Shown here: piece by piece, positions 39,696 through 53,784 of the stretch | Layout of the letters: every line of letters starts with the position of its first letter | Position numbering within the stretch: the first letter of the stretch is position 1 | DNA from: the human T2T-CHM13v2.0 reference genome, Homo sapiens | Direction: 5' to 3' (one strand) | DNA: 64,000 nucleotides | NCBI RefSeq assembly: GCF_009914755.1 | Contig: NC_060930.1 | Notes under the pieces: model-generated | Database searches by the model: none | Told to the model about the DNA's origin: nothing | What the model saw: only the letters and a program-made list of their open reading frames with translations | Made by a program: the position numbers and the translations under genes

Positions 39696-42442
39696 ATCTA
39701 CATAAGTATAAGTACATGCACCTTCAAGATCCCACAACATAGCTGTTTCACTCTGCAAAGGATTTCAGGAGGTGAGGGAGAATAAGAATGTCACAGGAAA
39801 AAATGACAAGATTAATTACAAAGTTTTCAGAATAGGTGCAAAATAATCTAGTTCCAAGGCTATATAGGCTGATGAGAGGGCATGTTTAAGAAGTTAAAAG
39901 ACGTGTGTGGCCAATAATGGAGCCTTTGGGGAAGATCTGAACCCGGTTTGGACTGTGATGGGTTTGGATGAGTGGGAAAGGAGAACACGCACAGAAAAGG
40001 AAGTGGGATAAACACTAGCAAAATGTCTGATGCTAAACAAAATTGAAGGAAAACTTGGAATTCCTAAAGAGTTGGGAGTACAGTCATTGGTCCAGCAGAA
40101 TGAGGGCATCCTGCTTTCACAAATGTTTTATTCTCTGGCATGATTGAGGAATAACATATTCAGATTAATCAAACATCCAGGTTAACAGAGAGTTGACATA
40201 TGTACCAAAAAGAGATGCCAATGTTTAAAGTAATAGAATATATTAGAGTACACAGAACCTAATTTCTTTCTTCTTTGATGAAGAAAGGACTTTGAGATCT
40301 TCCATGTCTCAGAGCCATGGCTTTGAGCACCTTTGGTCCCTTCTGGTAGGGTTCTGTGATGGAGCCTGCAAAGTTTTGTTTGCAGTGTCCTGTAAGAAGA
40401 GTGTATTTTCAAGTCTTTCTCTAGGGCTGTAGAATGAGAGCATCCTAAGAAACTGACTCCCTTGGAGAGAATTTCTAACTGGCAGAAATGCTCTGCCTTG
40501 TAGTGCATTGAGTGGTTAAAAGCCCAGACTCATTTCCACATCTGTAATTGGGGCTAATAATACCAATCTCATATGGTTTTGGTGATTATTAAATGAAACT
40601 TGGTCAAGAAATATTGGTGCTCAATATTTGAATGAGCACTACAAATTAGTGCAGGCGTTGTAGCCAGGCATACACCGTTACTAATTTTTAAATCAGAATT
40701 GCTTAACAGACACTGATTGTCTACAAGGCCATAAACAGGATGAGGCTGTGGGGAGAAAGTATGGACTGGTCCCCAAGCCTGCAGAGCTAAGGTTTCTGCA
40801 TTCTGCACACATCTTTGAAAGAATCTATGACCACCTGTGCACAATGTTTAAATGCCTAGGAACCTTCCCTTGCTACCCAGGGAGAGGTTTTCCCTAGACC
40901 CTCTGACAGTTCCCTCAGTCAGCAACTATATGAAAGAATTTTCTTACATTTCTGAAATCTGAATAGAGGTTTATTTGGGAAAAAATCCTTTTCCCTCCTG
41001 TCTCTTGGAATAAATGTACTATTTCGTTTTCTTAATTTGTACTATGTTAAGAACCAGTAGAGGGAACTTAAGGTCAATCTGTCTCTCAGGTTGAGTAACT
41101 CTAAGCTATAAGCTCCAGAATCTTGTCTTTGTCTCTAATTCCAAATGGGCTTGTGGGGAAAAGTGATATAACCATGAGATCACTGTGTTCTTTTAGATGA
41201 TTTCCTGTTTCCTGTGTATTTAAATACACAGGGAATAATCCCGCTATTAAAATGAGACCCTGTATGTGTGTATGGGCAGAAGTTCAATGAAAAAGGAAGA
41301 AAAATATGCTTGCTGAATACCAGATGTAGAATGCATAAATCCTGTCAGAACAAGTGGGGAATAGCTTTTATGGCTGACTTGCAAGAAACCTAAGGGAATT
41401 GGGAAATCAGATAGGCATGTGTCAAGCAGACTTATTTAAATCATCCACTTCCTCAGCAAAATAAAAGTTTGAGAGGGTTCTGCTTCCTTTTGTGGTTTGA
41501 AATTACAGTTGTAGGCCTCAGAAGTCCTGCTTGATTGAGGGCTTCCAAGCAAAGACGTTATACAACCTAGTTCAGGCGCCCGACAACACTGGGGTCACCC
41601 AATGCCTCTCCCTGAGGTCTCCAACCTTGCCTTGTTTGTACTTTGTGTCCTTTGTCATCTCAGAAGCAAATTGTAGTGCAGCTGACCACTGCTTCATGGA
41701 CCTCCAGCTTGTCCCTACTAAAAGGCTTTTGCATCTGAAAGAGAAAGATGCCCACTGGCTTCCTTCTTAGACCACTGCTGTAGATCCTGAGCACAAACCT
41801 TAGCTCTGCAGGCTTGGAGACCAGGCAATGCTTTCTCCTTGCAGCCTCATTCTGTTCACAGTTCGCACAGGGTTTATGGCCTTATAGACAATCAGTCTGT
41901 GGTAAGCAATTCTGATTTAAAAACTAATAATCTGTGTATGCTTGGCTACAAGGCCCACATGAATTCGTAGTGAGAGATAAACTAGATACCAATTATTTCC
42001 AGGTATAATATCCTAACAGGTAAGTTTTTCAGGAGGCCACATTGTAGTTCAGCAGGTTACTGGTGTGTATAGATACAAAGCAAAGGTATTTAAGTACAAA
42101 CCATTTCCTTTAAGGTGTGGTAGCTCCCTAAATTGTTCTTCTCAGGATATTTCTGTTTTAAAATGTCCTGTTAAATATATTATTTTTATGTACAGTATAA
42201 TTTTTTAAAAGCATGCTGACATGGGAAAATCATGGACTTTGCAGACCCAGGTTTAAGTCATTCCAAATCTACCACTTACTGATGTGTGAACTTCAGCACG
42301 TTACTGTACCTCTTTCAGACTCATTTCCTTATCTTCTTGCTGAGAATGTGTGTGTAAAAATATTAATATGGAATCTAGCATGGTGTCTAGCCCTTTGTGA
42401 AACCCTGACAAATTCTTATTCCTCACCATTCATCTGTTCATC

Positions 42443-43102
<660 letters not shown>

Positions 43103-43399
43103 CTACCCATCCATCCATCCATTCATTTATTCCTTCACTAAATGCCTGTTGAACACCTTTTATGTGCCAACCACTGTCAGTTAGTGGAGGCACAGACAAA
43201 AGTGAGAGGTGAACTCAGTTGATGGTATGTAGGTGGGTCTATTTCTGGGCTCTCTATGCTTCTCCATTGATTTATTTGTTTATTTTTTTCTCTTTGTTTG
43301 CCAAAGACTTTCTTAATCTTTAACAATGTAATTCCAGTGAGAGAAAAAGAAGTTTCAGAAGTAATATACCAAATCATGGGATGGGACTGTGGGGGTGGT

Positions 43400-43427
43400 G
43401 AGTGAGTTCAGGAGAGTGAGTGAGTTC

Positions 43428-43469
<42 letters not shown>
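43400..43469. repeat. (GA)n microsatellite preceded by a short tandem gagtgagttcaggaga x2
   Basis: Direct read. Confidence 0.95.
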
Positions 43470-43472
<3 letters not shown>

Positions 43473-44071
43473 TGAAGGCCATATAAGGTAAAGTGTTGAA
43501 TGTTACGTGCTCTGTTGACTGTGGGCCCCAGGATGTGTATGATGGAATTTACTGAAACAGAATTTGCACATTTATAAAAAGGATGCAGTTTTAGAAAATA
43601 GCTAGTTATGCTAGCATCTTGTTTCTTCATTGATGCTGCAATGTTATATAAGCACTGAATCCTCCCACATTTCCAGCTCTTATCTAAAAGCCAGAATGTG
43701 TACCACCTGGGTTGAGAGGAAGATGAAATGAAATTGGGGAAGTAAATGGTAAAAAGCATCCTGAAAGAAACCAACTAGATATGTTCAAGTCAGCAGGTTA
43801 TTTAGTATTTTGAGTTATTTAGTAATTTGAGTAATGTGTAAGGGGTGTACTGACATGCTTTTTCTCTCATTTTCTCCCTGTTCTGCCTGTAGCAATTCTA
43901 CCACCTTTGTTGACCTCTTCTTCTCCCCCAACTTATTGCTGTAGAGGCTACCTGAGCTCATTGTCCCTGGAGATGGACCAAATAGAAGAATAAGCAGTGC
44001 CTGTGTGGTGAGCTTCAAGAGGCATCTGTTCTCTGGGGAGTGGGTGGGTGGTAAAGCAAAGACGGGAGATG

Positions 44072-44612
44072 TGTATATTAGCTATCCATTACTGTATAAT
44101 TAATTATACACAAAACTAAACTATACACTAAACTAAAACTTCACAGCTTAAAACAGGAAATATGTATTATCTCACACAATTTCTGAGAGTCAGGAATCTG
44201 AAAATGGCTTAGCTAGTTTGGTTCTGGCTCAGGGTGACCTATGGAGTTGCAGCCAAGATGTCATCTGGGACTACTATCATTGGAAGGCTCAGCTGGGGCT
44301 GGAGGCTACACTTCCAAGATGGCTCACTTATAGGGCTATTGGTGGGAGGCTTCAGTTCCTCTCCACATGAAACTTTCCTCATGCCATGGAACTGGCTTCC
44401 CTCAGAGTGAAAGACCCAAGAGAGAGACTAAGACAGAAGCTGCAATGTTTTTATGACCTAGTCTTGGAAGTGACTTACTGTCATTTCTACTGTATTTTAT
44501 TCATTAGAAGCAAGTCATTAAGTCCAGCCCACATTCAAAGTAAGAGGATTTAAGCTGAACCTCTTGAAAAAATGGTATCAAAGTATTTACGGACATTTTA
44601 AAAACTACCACA
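44072..44612. mobile_element. MLT1-type MaLR LTR
   Basis: 'gagtcaggaatctgaaaatggcttagct', 'cttccaagatggctcact', end 'aaaaactaccaca'. Confidence 0.78.
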
Positions 44613-44879
44613 ATACATATAGGTGAACTTCACAAGGTGTAGACATGGGCTGAGACAGAATATTGGATAATATCTCATTCTGCAAACAGCAGCCTCATCT
44701 GTAATAAAATCCCAGCATTCAGAAATTATCACGATCAAGTAGGAAAAGGGCTTGTTGGAAAAAACTTATCAAAGATGTTACTTCATTTATCCATTTATTC
44801 TGAGCCATAGCATAATAGCGACAAATTGTGTGTCCTGTGTAATTTGGATACCTCTGCTCAATAATAGCTGAACAGATTT

Positions 44880-46180
44880 TATCCTATTTTTAGAATAGTT
44901 AATATATACACATGGCACAAAATTTAAAAGGTATAAAAGTTTCTGGTTCAAAAATAAGATTCCCTCATTTTCTTTTTTTCTGATTCTTTGAATGCAATTC
45001 GATTTACTGATTTCTCATGTAGCCTTAGAAAGTATTCTATGTACTTACAAACATATATGTACACATATTTTTTCTTTCCCACAAATAAAATACTGTATGC
45101 ATTGTTTTATTCTTGGCTTTTTTTCAATGGACAGTATATCTTCAAGGACTTCTACAATAGCACATATAGACCTGCTTTATCTTTTTTTAAATGTCTGTCT
45201 AGTACTGCATTATATTTATTTAAGCAGTCATCTATTGACAGACGACATTAGGTTGTTTCCAGTCTCTTGTTACTATGGACAAAGCTGCAATGACTATCTC
45301 TGCACATTCATCATTTCTCACACAGGAGTAGAATTCTTCTTCATTTGTAACATTGACAGATATTGACAAATTTCTCTCCAAAAGGGCTTACCATTTTGCT
45401 CTCACTACAATATGAATGCCTGTTTCTTCAACCCTTGGCAGTACAATAGGTTACCCACTTTTTGATATTTGCCAATTAGGTAGGCACAAATGGTCTGCAG
45501 TTGCAGTTTTAATTTTTATTATCTTTATGAATGAGGTTGGGCCTCCTTTTATATGCTTAAAATCATCTGCATTTGCTTTACTATGAATTATTTGTTCTTA
45601 ATCTTTACCCGTCTTTATATTGAGTTGGTGGGTTTTTATTTTCCTTACTGATGAGTGGGAGTTCCTTAGGATTAAAGAAATTAGCTCTTCTAAAGAATCG
45701 GTATACATGGACAGACAGAGTGGAATAATAAACATTGGAGACTCTGAAAGGTAGGGATAAAATACTGCCTACTGGGTACAATGTACGCTATTTGGGTGAT
45801 GGGTATGCTAAAACCCTAGACATCACCTCTATGCAATACATCTATGTAAGAAAACTGCACTTGTACCTCCAAATCTATTTCTTTTTAAAAGAAATTAGCT
45901 CTTCATCTAGAGTGTGAGTGGCACGTATTTTTTCAAGTGTGTTTTTTCCATTTGTTTTTTGACTTTTTATTGGTTTTCTTTTTCTTTTTCCATGTAGTAA
46001 TTTTAAAAAATATTTTTCTGTGGTCACATTTATCAGTTTTTTTCTCTTATAGTTTCTGGGTTTGCATCATTCTTAGAAAGTCTTCCCACTCCTAGGGTTA
46101 CTAAGAATCCTCTTAAGGTTTCTTTTAGTACCATCATAATTTGATTTTTACATTTCAAATTTGACTGAATTGGTTCTTTT
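44880..46180 (-). mobile_element. Old L1ME-like 3' region
   Basis: Antisense L1 motifs 'ttaggttgtttccagtc', 'gttttaatttttattatc' and 'tttttacatttcaaat'; highly diverged. Confidence 0.65.
45691..45887 (+). mobile_element. L1PB-like 3' terminal fragment with a 17-bp TSD, nested in the L1ME
   Basis: 'gggtacaatgtacgctatttgggtgatgggta...ctgcacttgtacc'; TSD aaagaaattagctcttc at 45674-45690 and 45888-45904. Confidence 0.88.
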
Positions 46181-47092
46181 AATGCTTTACACTCTACCGA
46201 AGTATAAAATACTGCACTGACCATGTTTGTTTTGTTTCTGGTTCAGATATTTCTAGTTTATTCTCAGTTTTCTTCGTTTGTGAAATAGAGATAATAAGTA
46301 TTACTGAGTACCATCCATGACTTTTAGTGGAGAGATGCCATCTTGATGACTGAAAGCTAAACCAGAGTTTTCTTCCTCATTCTCATTACTTAGAAACCTT
46401 TGCTGATGATTAGGTTTGGTGCCCTAATGGGACAATTGAGACTAACACGGTCTATAAGATAACTTGCTTCAATTTAAAAAGGCAAAATCAAATTAGCCAT
46501 TTCATATCTGCCTACATAGGGGCTACTGCTTTCATTTGTAATGTTTAATTACATTTTTTTCCCCAAGAATACATACACACGGCTATCACTTCTAAAATAA
46601 TTTTGGCTCCCTATGAAGCAGAATTGGAAAGTGTCTTAAAGTTAGTTTTGAATTGGTTATTTGGAATTCAAAATGATACTTCATTAAAACAATACCTTAA
46701 ATATTGGTTAGGTTCTTGAGCCTTATTACAAATTCCATACTTATGTATTTATGATTCAGAATAGGAGGAATGGTGCTATGTCAATGACATGTAATGATAT
46801 TTAATAACAGTGTGTCCCTGTTAATATGTGTCTGAGTGGCATATCAGGAATCCCAAATATGTCTTCCCCAGTCCTTCCCGTGCATCCTAGCAGCAGATGT
46901 GAGAACCCCAATAGCCCACTGGGAACTGGTTGCAAGGCCAGAAAGGACACTCTGGTCAGGAGAATACCTCTTTATATTAGTACCAGGGAAAGCTGTTTTC
47001 TAATATTTGGCAGTTGTCCTGAATAGGATAACTAGAGAAATTAGGTCTGTGGTGTAGAATTTCAGAGGCGTATCATATTTTTTCTTGGCAAA

Positions 47093-47447
47093 TAATATGG
47101 TTTTGCTGTATCCCCACCCAAATCTCATCTTGAATTGTAGCTCCCACAATTCTCACGTGTTGTGGGAGGGACCTGGTGGGAGGTAATTGAATAATGGGAA
47201 TGGGTCTTTCCTGTGCTATTCTCATGATAGTGAATAAGTCTCACAAGATCTGATGGTTTTATAAGGGGAAGTTCCCCTGCACACACTGTCTCTTGCCTGC
47301 TGCCATGTAATACGTCCCTTGCCCTTCCGCCATGATTGTGAGGCCTCCCCAGCCATGTGCAACCGTGAGTCAATTAAACCTCTTTTCTTTATAAATCACC
47401 CAGTCTTGGGTATGTCTTTATTAGCAGTGTGAGAGCAGACTAATACA
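47093..47447 (+). mobile_element. THE1B-like solo LTR
   Basis: Complete LTR with a perfect 5-bp TSD gcaaa (47088-47092 / 47448-47452). Confidence 0.94.
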
Positions 47448-50399
47448 GCAAACAATTAGCTTTAGGGAAGCTGGCAAGCATGAAATAGCGTCTTAGCCAT
47501 CAAGGTGGGTTTTAAGGGAAGGGAGGTCCTGGAGAAGAGAAGGCAGAAGGCAGATCCCCAAGACAAGGATTCAGCCATACACAGAAAGAAGATAGCAATG
47601 TAGGTGTCTGGCATGGGAAGCAAGGTGGGAATTGAGGCTCGAGAATAAGAAAAAATCTAGATATCAGGACTAAAGTCTAAGACTACCTAGAAGAGTGAAA
47701 TTATGCTGAGCCCCACACTGATGGTTTGGAGATAATTCATCTCCAGTGTTTAAGGTAGGGACCTGGGAACTGGGCCAAAGCATGGGTGAAAGGTGAGAAT
47801 GAAGCGGGTCTGACTGTGGGGCAAGGAGAGGACAGTGGCTGATTATGGGACAGGGAAGATGTTTACCACCTCTGAGTGGAAGTTTATCACCACCGAGAAA
47901 GTGGATGACCATTATTTGGTGAACTACTTATACTGCTGTATTTTGTGTATAGTACTAAATATATATATATATTTGTTTCAGGATTATTTAATGGTTTTGC
48001 CCATGTGGAAAGAGGCATATGCTTATTCTATTTCTCAATGACATTTATGAGTGCTATAATTATAATAACAATGATGAAAGTTTGACTAATCAATATGTAA
48101 ATAGTACTTATAGTGAGCCAAATCTATTAGAAAGCCAGCCAGTCTAAAAGAGAATAAAGTTCCCATATTGCAAATACAAATTATGATAGTTTGGAATAAA
48201 AATCAAATTATATTTTGCTCTGTGATGCATTGTGCATGCTATCTATGTTCTTTGCGTCTCCTTCCATCTGTCTTCCCGCTGTTTCCCTGCTCATTAACAC
48301 CTCTACTAGAAAGTGGGCAGGGTGATGACAAGAAATAAAAATACAAGTTGAACTGCAACTAAGAATTTAACATTTAAAAAATGCCAACGTAAGAATGATA
48401 TAAATATCTCAATTGTGAAAATAGACTGCGACCCTGGTTAGTATATGGTATTTTAAATATGTGAAAAATGTGAGGAATTGGAGCACATCCCATAAAAAAG
48501 AACAAGTTCACAGAATGTTATCAAGGGAAAGGACTGCAGAGATAGACTGCAGGAGCATCTTTCCATACAGGTGGGAAATGCAGAAAAATTCATTAAAAAA
48601 AAAAAAACGAATTAGCAAGTACGCGTAAACTCTGAAGACCTAAACACATTTCTGGAAGCTAACTGCAAAGCTTGGCCTAAACATGGAAATGCTGAGGTCA
48701 CTTGCTGGAGTCAGGTACGGCATCTGCAATGGAAAGATTTTTTTTTTTTTAAAGAAGGTTATTTCAACATTTTCAAAAAGGAGGCTGGGGTGGAAATATA
48801 TGACACTAGGTAAATATACATCAAAATATTTATATCATAATAGGCATGTAGTTTATTTAGGCTACTTTTATTATGTTTATACTTTACATCTCAAGATTTC
48901 TACAATGAACATGTATCAATTTTATTATGGGAAAGTGGGCTTTAAATAAAAAATTTATGTTCTGCTCTCATTTGCTTATCTGTCAGTGGAGTTTCTTCAG
49001 TGAATTTTACTAGTCAACCCGTTTTTACAATGGGATTGAGACAGGGATCAATGCTGGGAATTTCTGACATGCAAATGATTTTAATGATGAAAGCATGGAG
49101 TTTAGTCCCAATGAGGTCATGTATGCATGCTGATTAGATTTATCAGACTGCTTCTAAGCAGGAAGGACTTTTAAAATTTAAAGATTGAGCGACCCAACTT
49201 ATAGGAAATTCAGTGGCTCAAACTATATTTTCCAAGTGGTGTGATAAGATAATTAGACACAATTAACTTGCAGCTAGAAGACAATTACCACCACAAAATG
49301 TTAATTGTTTGTTCTAGAAATTCCTGCATTCAGTCTCAAATTAGAAGTATGTATTAATATATATAATATTATACAAATATATTATTCATTACATATTACA
49401 TGTAAAAGCTAATTGAGTATTACACATATTATTTATTAGTGAATCTCCCTGAGCTTCAAGGAAATTATAGACTTCAAAAAATTTTTGTGGCCTTTGGTAC
49501 AAATGAAGCCGATTTTAGAATTTCACAGATTCTTTTATGAGGATAAATAAGTTTTTGTTTATATTTTTGTGGTACAAACCTAATAAAGTGCCCAAATCAT
49601 CGGCCTAAACATGGAACTTATTTCAAGATGTATTGATTGATTTAATAACACAAAGTTGCTGAAGTTTTTAAGATATATTATCTGAAACCAACTGGAAATT
49701 TCTGATTATATTTCCAAATCTGGGCAAACTTTGGTGAACCCTATGTCTGTGAAAATGCACACTTGCTTATGAATCTGATAAGCTTTATTCTGAGATCCAC
49801 TGTGAGTAATGCAAAACTGAATTCAGAATTGAGGATGTCCTGAGTTTACCCCAGAATTCACCAAAATATTCTAATTTGTTAAATACAAAAACTCTCATTG
49901 AAATGGATGAAAATGATCATGATTAGCATTAAAGCCGTAAGTGTAGATTAAGTAGCTTTCTGTTTAATGCTTCTAAATAGAATGCTTCTAATGGTACACC
50001 CATGTTATTTTCTATTAAGATATATTCCACTCATGTTTATCAATAAAAGCTATATGTATCACACACATACTGATTTCTGAAAATTGAAGTTTATACAAGT
50101 AAAGTAATTTTTTCAAAGTTACAGCATGGCTGGCTAGAACCTAGGTATGCAAAATCATACATAATCAGTGGTCATTCTACGAAACAATGCTACTTCTCCC
50201 TGTCGTTAGAGAACTAGGAGGGACCTTTGAAGGAATTTGATAGGAACTGAAAGTATTGTCATGTATAATTATAAGAAAGAAAGGTTAAAGTGTTTCCCAA
50301 AATAATTTTTACTTTATAAATGATTGATTACAAAAAGATTAGAAGATAAGATTAATTAGGTTTGTATGCCTCTTTTACAATTTATTACTTGTCATTGTA

Positions 50400-50880
50400 C
50401 AAGTTTTAAAATTTCTGCCTTTTGCTTTTCATTTTTAAAATGGGGATAATAACTGTGCCTGTATCACATGGTTGTATTGGTGACTATGATTTAATAATAT
50501 AAAAGGCTTGGACAATGCAATATATCAGTGTAGCAAAATTTCATTTATACCCCATGATTATATACAAATAAAAAAGAGAAAAATAACAATAATAAAATTA
50601 AAATAAAATAAAAAATAGCTTTGCAGTGAAAAATAATAATATAAAAAGCTTGGGACAGTGTTTGACACATCATAAGTGTTCAAAAAACATTAGATGTTAT
50701 TATCACTATATGTCAAGCACTATGTTTTGCCCTTAGTATACATAATTTTAATCATTCCTTACAACAGCAGTGGGAGGATAAATATTATCATTCCCACATG
50801 GCAGTTTTCGTAAGTGACCATTTTTGCATGGCTAATATGATTAAAAGTCAACATTCATACCCAGATCTGTGTAAGTCTAG
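50400..50880. mobile_element. MIR fragments; the first is split by a tiny L1 3'-end insertion (50512-50634)
   Basis: 'ttttaaaatggggataataac', 'gacacatcataagtgttca'; TSD-like aataatataaaa(g/a)gcttgg. Confidence 0.7.
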
Positions 50881-50881
50881 A

Positions 50882-51022
50882 ACAGCAAGTTGGTAAATTA
50901 AAAACTATTTTACATTTTCAAAGAGTTGTTAAAAAAATGGGACAGAGACCATCTGTAGCCTGCAATGCCTGTAATACTTACTGTCTGAACCTTTAGAGAA
51001 CATGTTTGCTGACTGCCACTCT
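50882..51022. mobile_element. MER58-like fragment
   Basis: 'gacagagaccatctgtagcctgc...cctttagagaacatgtttgctgac'. Confidence 0.6.
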
Positions 51023-51154
51023 AGTGCAGTTTTTTCTTCTGTAATATCAGACTAGGCTGCCTCCTGAAAACCAGATGCCTATTTTAATTGATAAAATCAT
51101 TCATGTTTTCATTTATTTGACAGATATTTATTGAGTACTTGATATTTGTGAGGC

Positions 51155-51510
51155 GTGTGTCAAAGTTTGTTCAGGCTGCTCTAACAAGATACCTTAGACT
51201 AGGTAATTTACAAACAACGGAAATTTATTGCTCACAGTTCTGGAGCCCAGTAAGTCTAAGATCAAGGCAGCAGCAGATTTGGTGTCGGGAGAGGGTTCAT
51301 TCTCTACTTCATAGATGGTATCTTCTTGCTGCACCCTAACATAGTAAAGGACAAACAAACTTCTTTGTCCTCTTTCATAAAGGTACTAGCCCCATGACCG
51401 AATCACCTCCCAAAGGCCCCACCTCTTAAAACTATTGCCTTGGGAATTAGGTTTCAACATACAATTTTTTTTGTTGTTGGGTTGGGGGATACAAAATTTA
51501 GATCATCACG
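51155..51510 (-). mobile_element. MaLR solo LTR (MSTC/MLT1A-like) inside an L2
   Basis: 'caggctgctctaacaagataccttagact...ttattgctcacagttctggag...cacctcccaaaggccccacctct'. Confidence 0.82.
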
Positions 51511-52099
51511 GCATTTTCTAGACCTGTGGGTACCAGGTCTAGGAAAATGAGTGAGATAATAACATTTCCATCAAGAAAGTTGCAATCCTGTGAGGAAGTC
51601 TAAGAGAAAATAGACAATCATGGGACAGGGTGAAAGGTATTTTGGTTCAATATCACAGGCTTCTGTGGAAACACATAGGAGGGACTTTGAATGTAGCATT
51701 AAGGAGTCAGATATACCTTCCTGGTGGAACTGATACTTGAAATAAGTCCGAATTTTTAGTTTAAGAGTAGGTATAGAGTATTCTAAATTACTGGAGAAGC
51801 AAATAAGTACAATGCAAAAAGAAGTATGAGAATCTGAAACGTAGTTGAAGTTTATGGTAATGGTGGAACTTAGGAGGAGGGTCCCTGTTAAAAGAGAGGG
51901 TGAGAAAGAAAGAGTGCAAAGTATAAATATCATGCATGTCGTGCTACTGTTTAAAATTTATCCTGAAGGCTATGAACATTGTCACACTGTGGGATTATTG
52001 GAAACTTTCAGCAGGGAAGTGACACACTAAAATTTACATTTTCGAATGATCCTTCTGGAAGCATGGGAGATGAAGAACAAGGATTCAAGAGTGAGGACA

Positions 52100-53140
52100 G
52101 GGCTTGCAGCCATGGAGTTAAAGGGCCTGGATTTACCCTCATGTCTTGATCAACTCTAACATTACATGAAGAAGACTTCTCCTCAGACATTGGACAATAG
52201 GCAGCACAAGAAGGACTGTGAATCTCGGGGGAAGAGAAGTAAGTGAGGTGAGCCCTGCACTGCAATTGCCTAGGATTTTCGCCTGGAGGCACATTTTAGA
52301 CTGCAGAGCAGAGAGGGAGATTCCAAGCAAGGAAAAGTTGTCTTATATAATTGAGGAGGCAGAACTTGAAGTTTAGGAAGTCTGGTGTCTGTAAATGGTG
52401 AGGCAGAGATCTACAGAGTAGGGAGCTACACAGAAAACGGGCTTGAGAAATATACACAGTGGGTCCCATGAGTCTGAAAAATATCAAGACAATGCACAGC
52501 GTGAAATGCTACAAGGCTGGGCAAAGAACAACTGTGGAGTTATGAGAGGAGCGTATTTCCACAATACACACAGACTGCGGAATCATTTGCATTACCACCA
52601 GATAGCATGGAGAGCCCTCATTGAGCCTCTTTACTTGGAGAATGCAGTAAAGACTCCATCCAGAAGGACTACTCTGCAGTAGTGGGCTAACCCATTCCTA
52701 GAGGAAAGGTTTCTCTAGCCCTGCCCAAGCACAACTTAAAAGCAAGTCTCAAAACCATCTAACTAAATACTTATATTAGAAAAGAAGTAGTATCAACAAT
52801 CAATGATCTAAATTTATTAGAGTCTAAATTCCCACCACAAGAGGCTGGAAAAGAGAAGAAAAGTTAAACCAAAGTAAGCAGAAGGAAGAGAATAAAAATG
52901 ATAACAAAAATAGAAAACCCAAGACAAACTGAGAAAATTTATGAAACCCCAAGCTGGGTTTTTGACAACATCAGTAATATTGGTAAATATCTAGCAAAAC
53001 TGATACAGGAAAAAAAGGGAAGACAAAAAATTATCAGTCAAGAATTAAAGAGGGGACATCATTAACTATCCTATAGATTTTACCCAGATAATAAGGGAAT
53101 ATTAGTAACAAATTTATAATGACAAAGTTGGATTGTTGGG
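52100..53140 (+). mobile_element. Old L1M fragments (5' region and ORF2)
   Basis: 'aaaccaaagtaagcagaaggaag', 'agctgggtttttgacaacatcag', 'aagaggggacatcatt'. Confidence 0.6.
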
Positions 53141-53244
53141 AAAAGCATCCTGTGGTAGCAGTAAGTAGCCATCCAACAAAAGCCACTATAACAATAACAA
53201 AAACACATCATTCATTAACCAATTTTATGTGGCAGGTCCTGGTT

Positions 53245-53784
53245 AAAGACAGTGGAAAGAAACCAAAACCAACTAAAGAAGAAAAGCAAGGATTATTTAT
53301 TCAGTGTTTGCTATAGCAAGGGGAGTCTGCCACTGTCACTTGTGTTTTGGGAGAGAATCAAAGGCAAGCAGAGGAGTGGGAAGCTTCATAGTGAGAAATA
53401 AAGGGAAGGCTTCAATCATACCCTGACTGGAGGCTGTTGTCTTGGGGAAGTTGGAGGTAGGCTAACCAGAAGCAGAACATCCTCTGTGATTGCTTAGGGG
53501 TGCATATTTGGCTTTCTCTGGTTTGTCCTAAGTTTGGAGTGGGGACAGATATTGGGAAAGCTGTCAGTTATGAATCAAGTCCTGGCCATTTTGAGCCGAT
53601 TGTTACAGAAGTTTTTGCTTAGCTTCCTATATTGTTTCTACAGATAGCAGCCTGACTTATAGCAGGCTGGCTTCCTGGACTATTTATTGAAGTTAACAGA
53701 TTGGCTTTCTGGACAAGATTCTGGAGGTTGATGGTCAAAGTTCTATTTTTATACATGGATTAGTTCATGTCAGTTTGTATATTC
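53245..53784 (-). mobile_element. ERV1-class solo LTR (MER31/MER67-like)
   Basis: 'tttattcagtgtttgctatagcaagggagtctgccactgtcact' resembles the reverse complement of the U5-side motif of the LTR at 35.7 kb. Confidence 0.65.
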
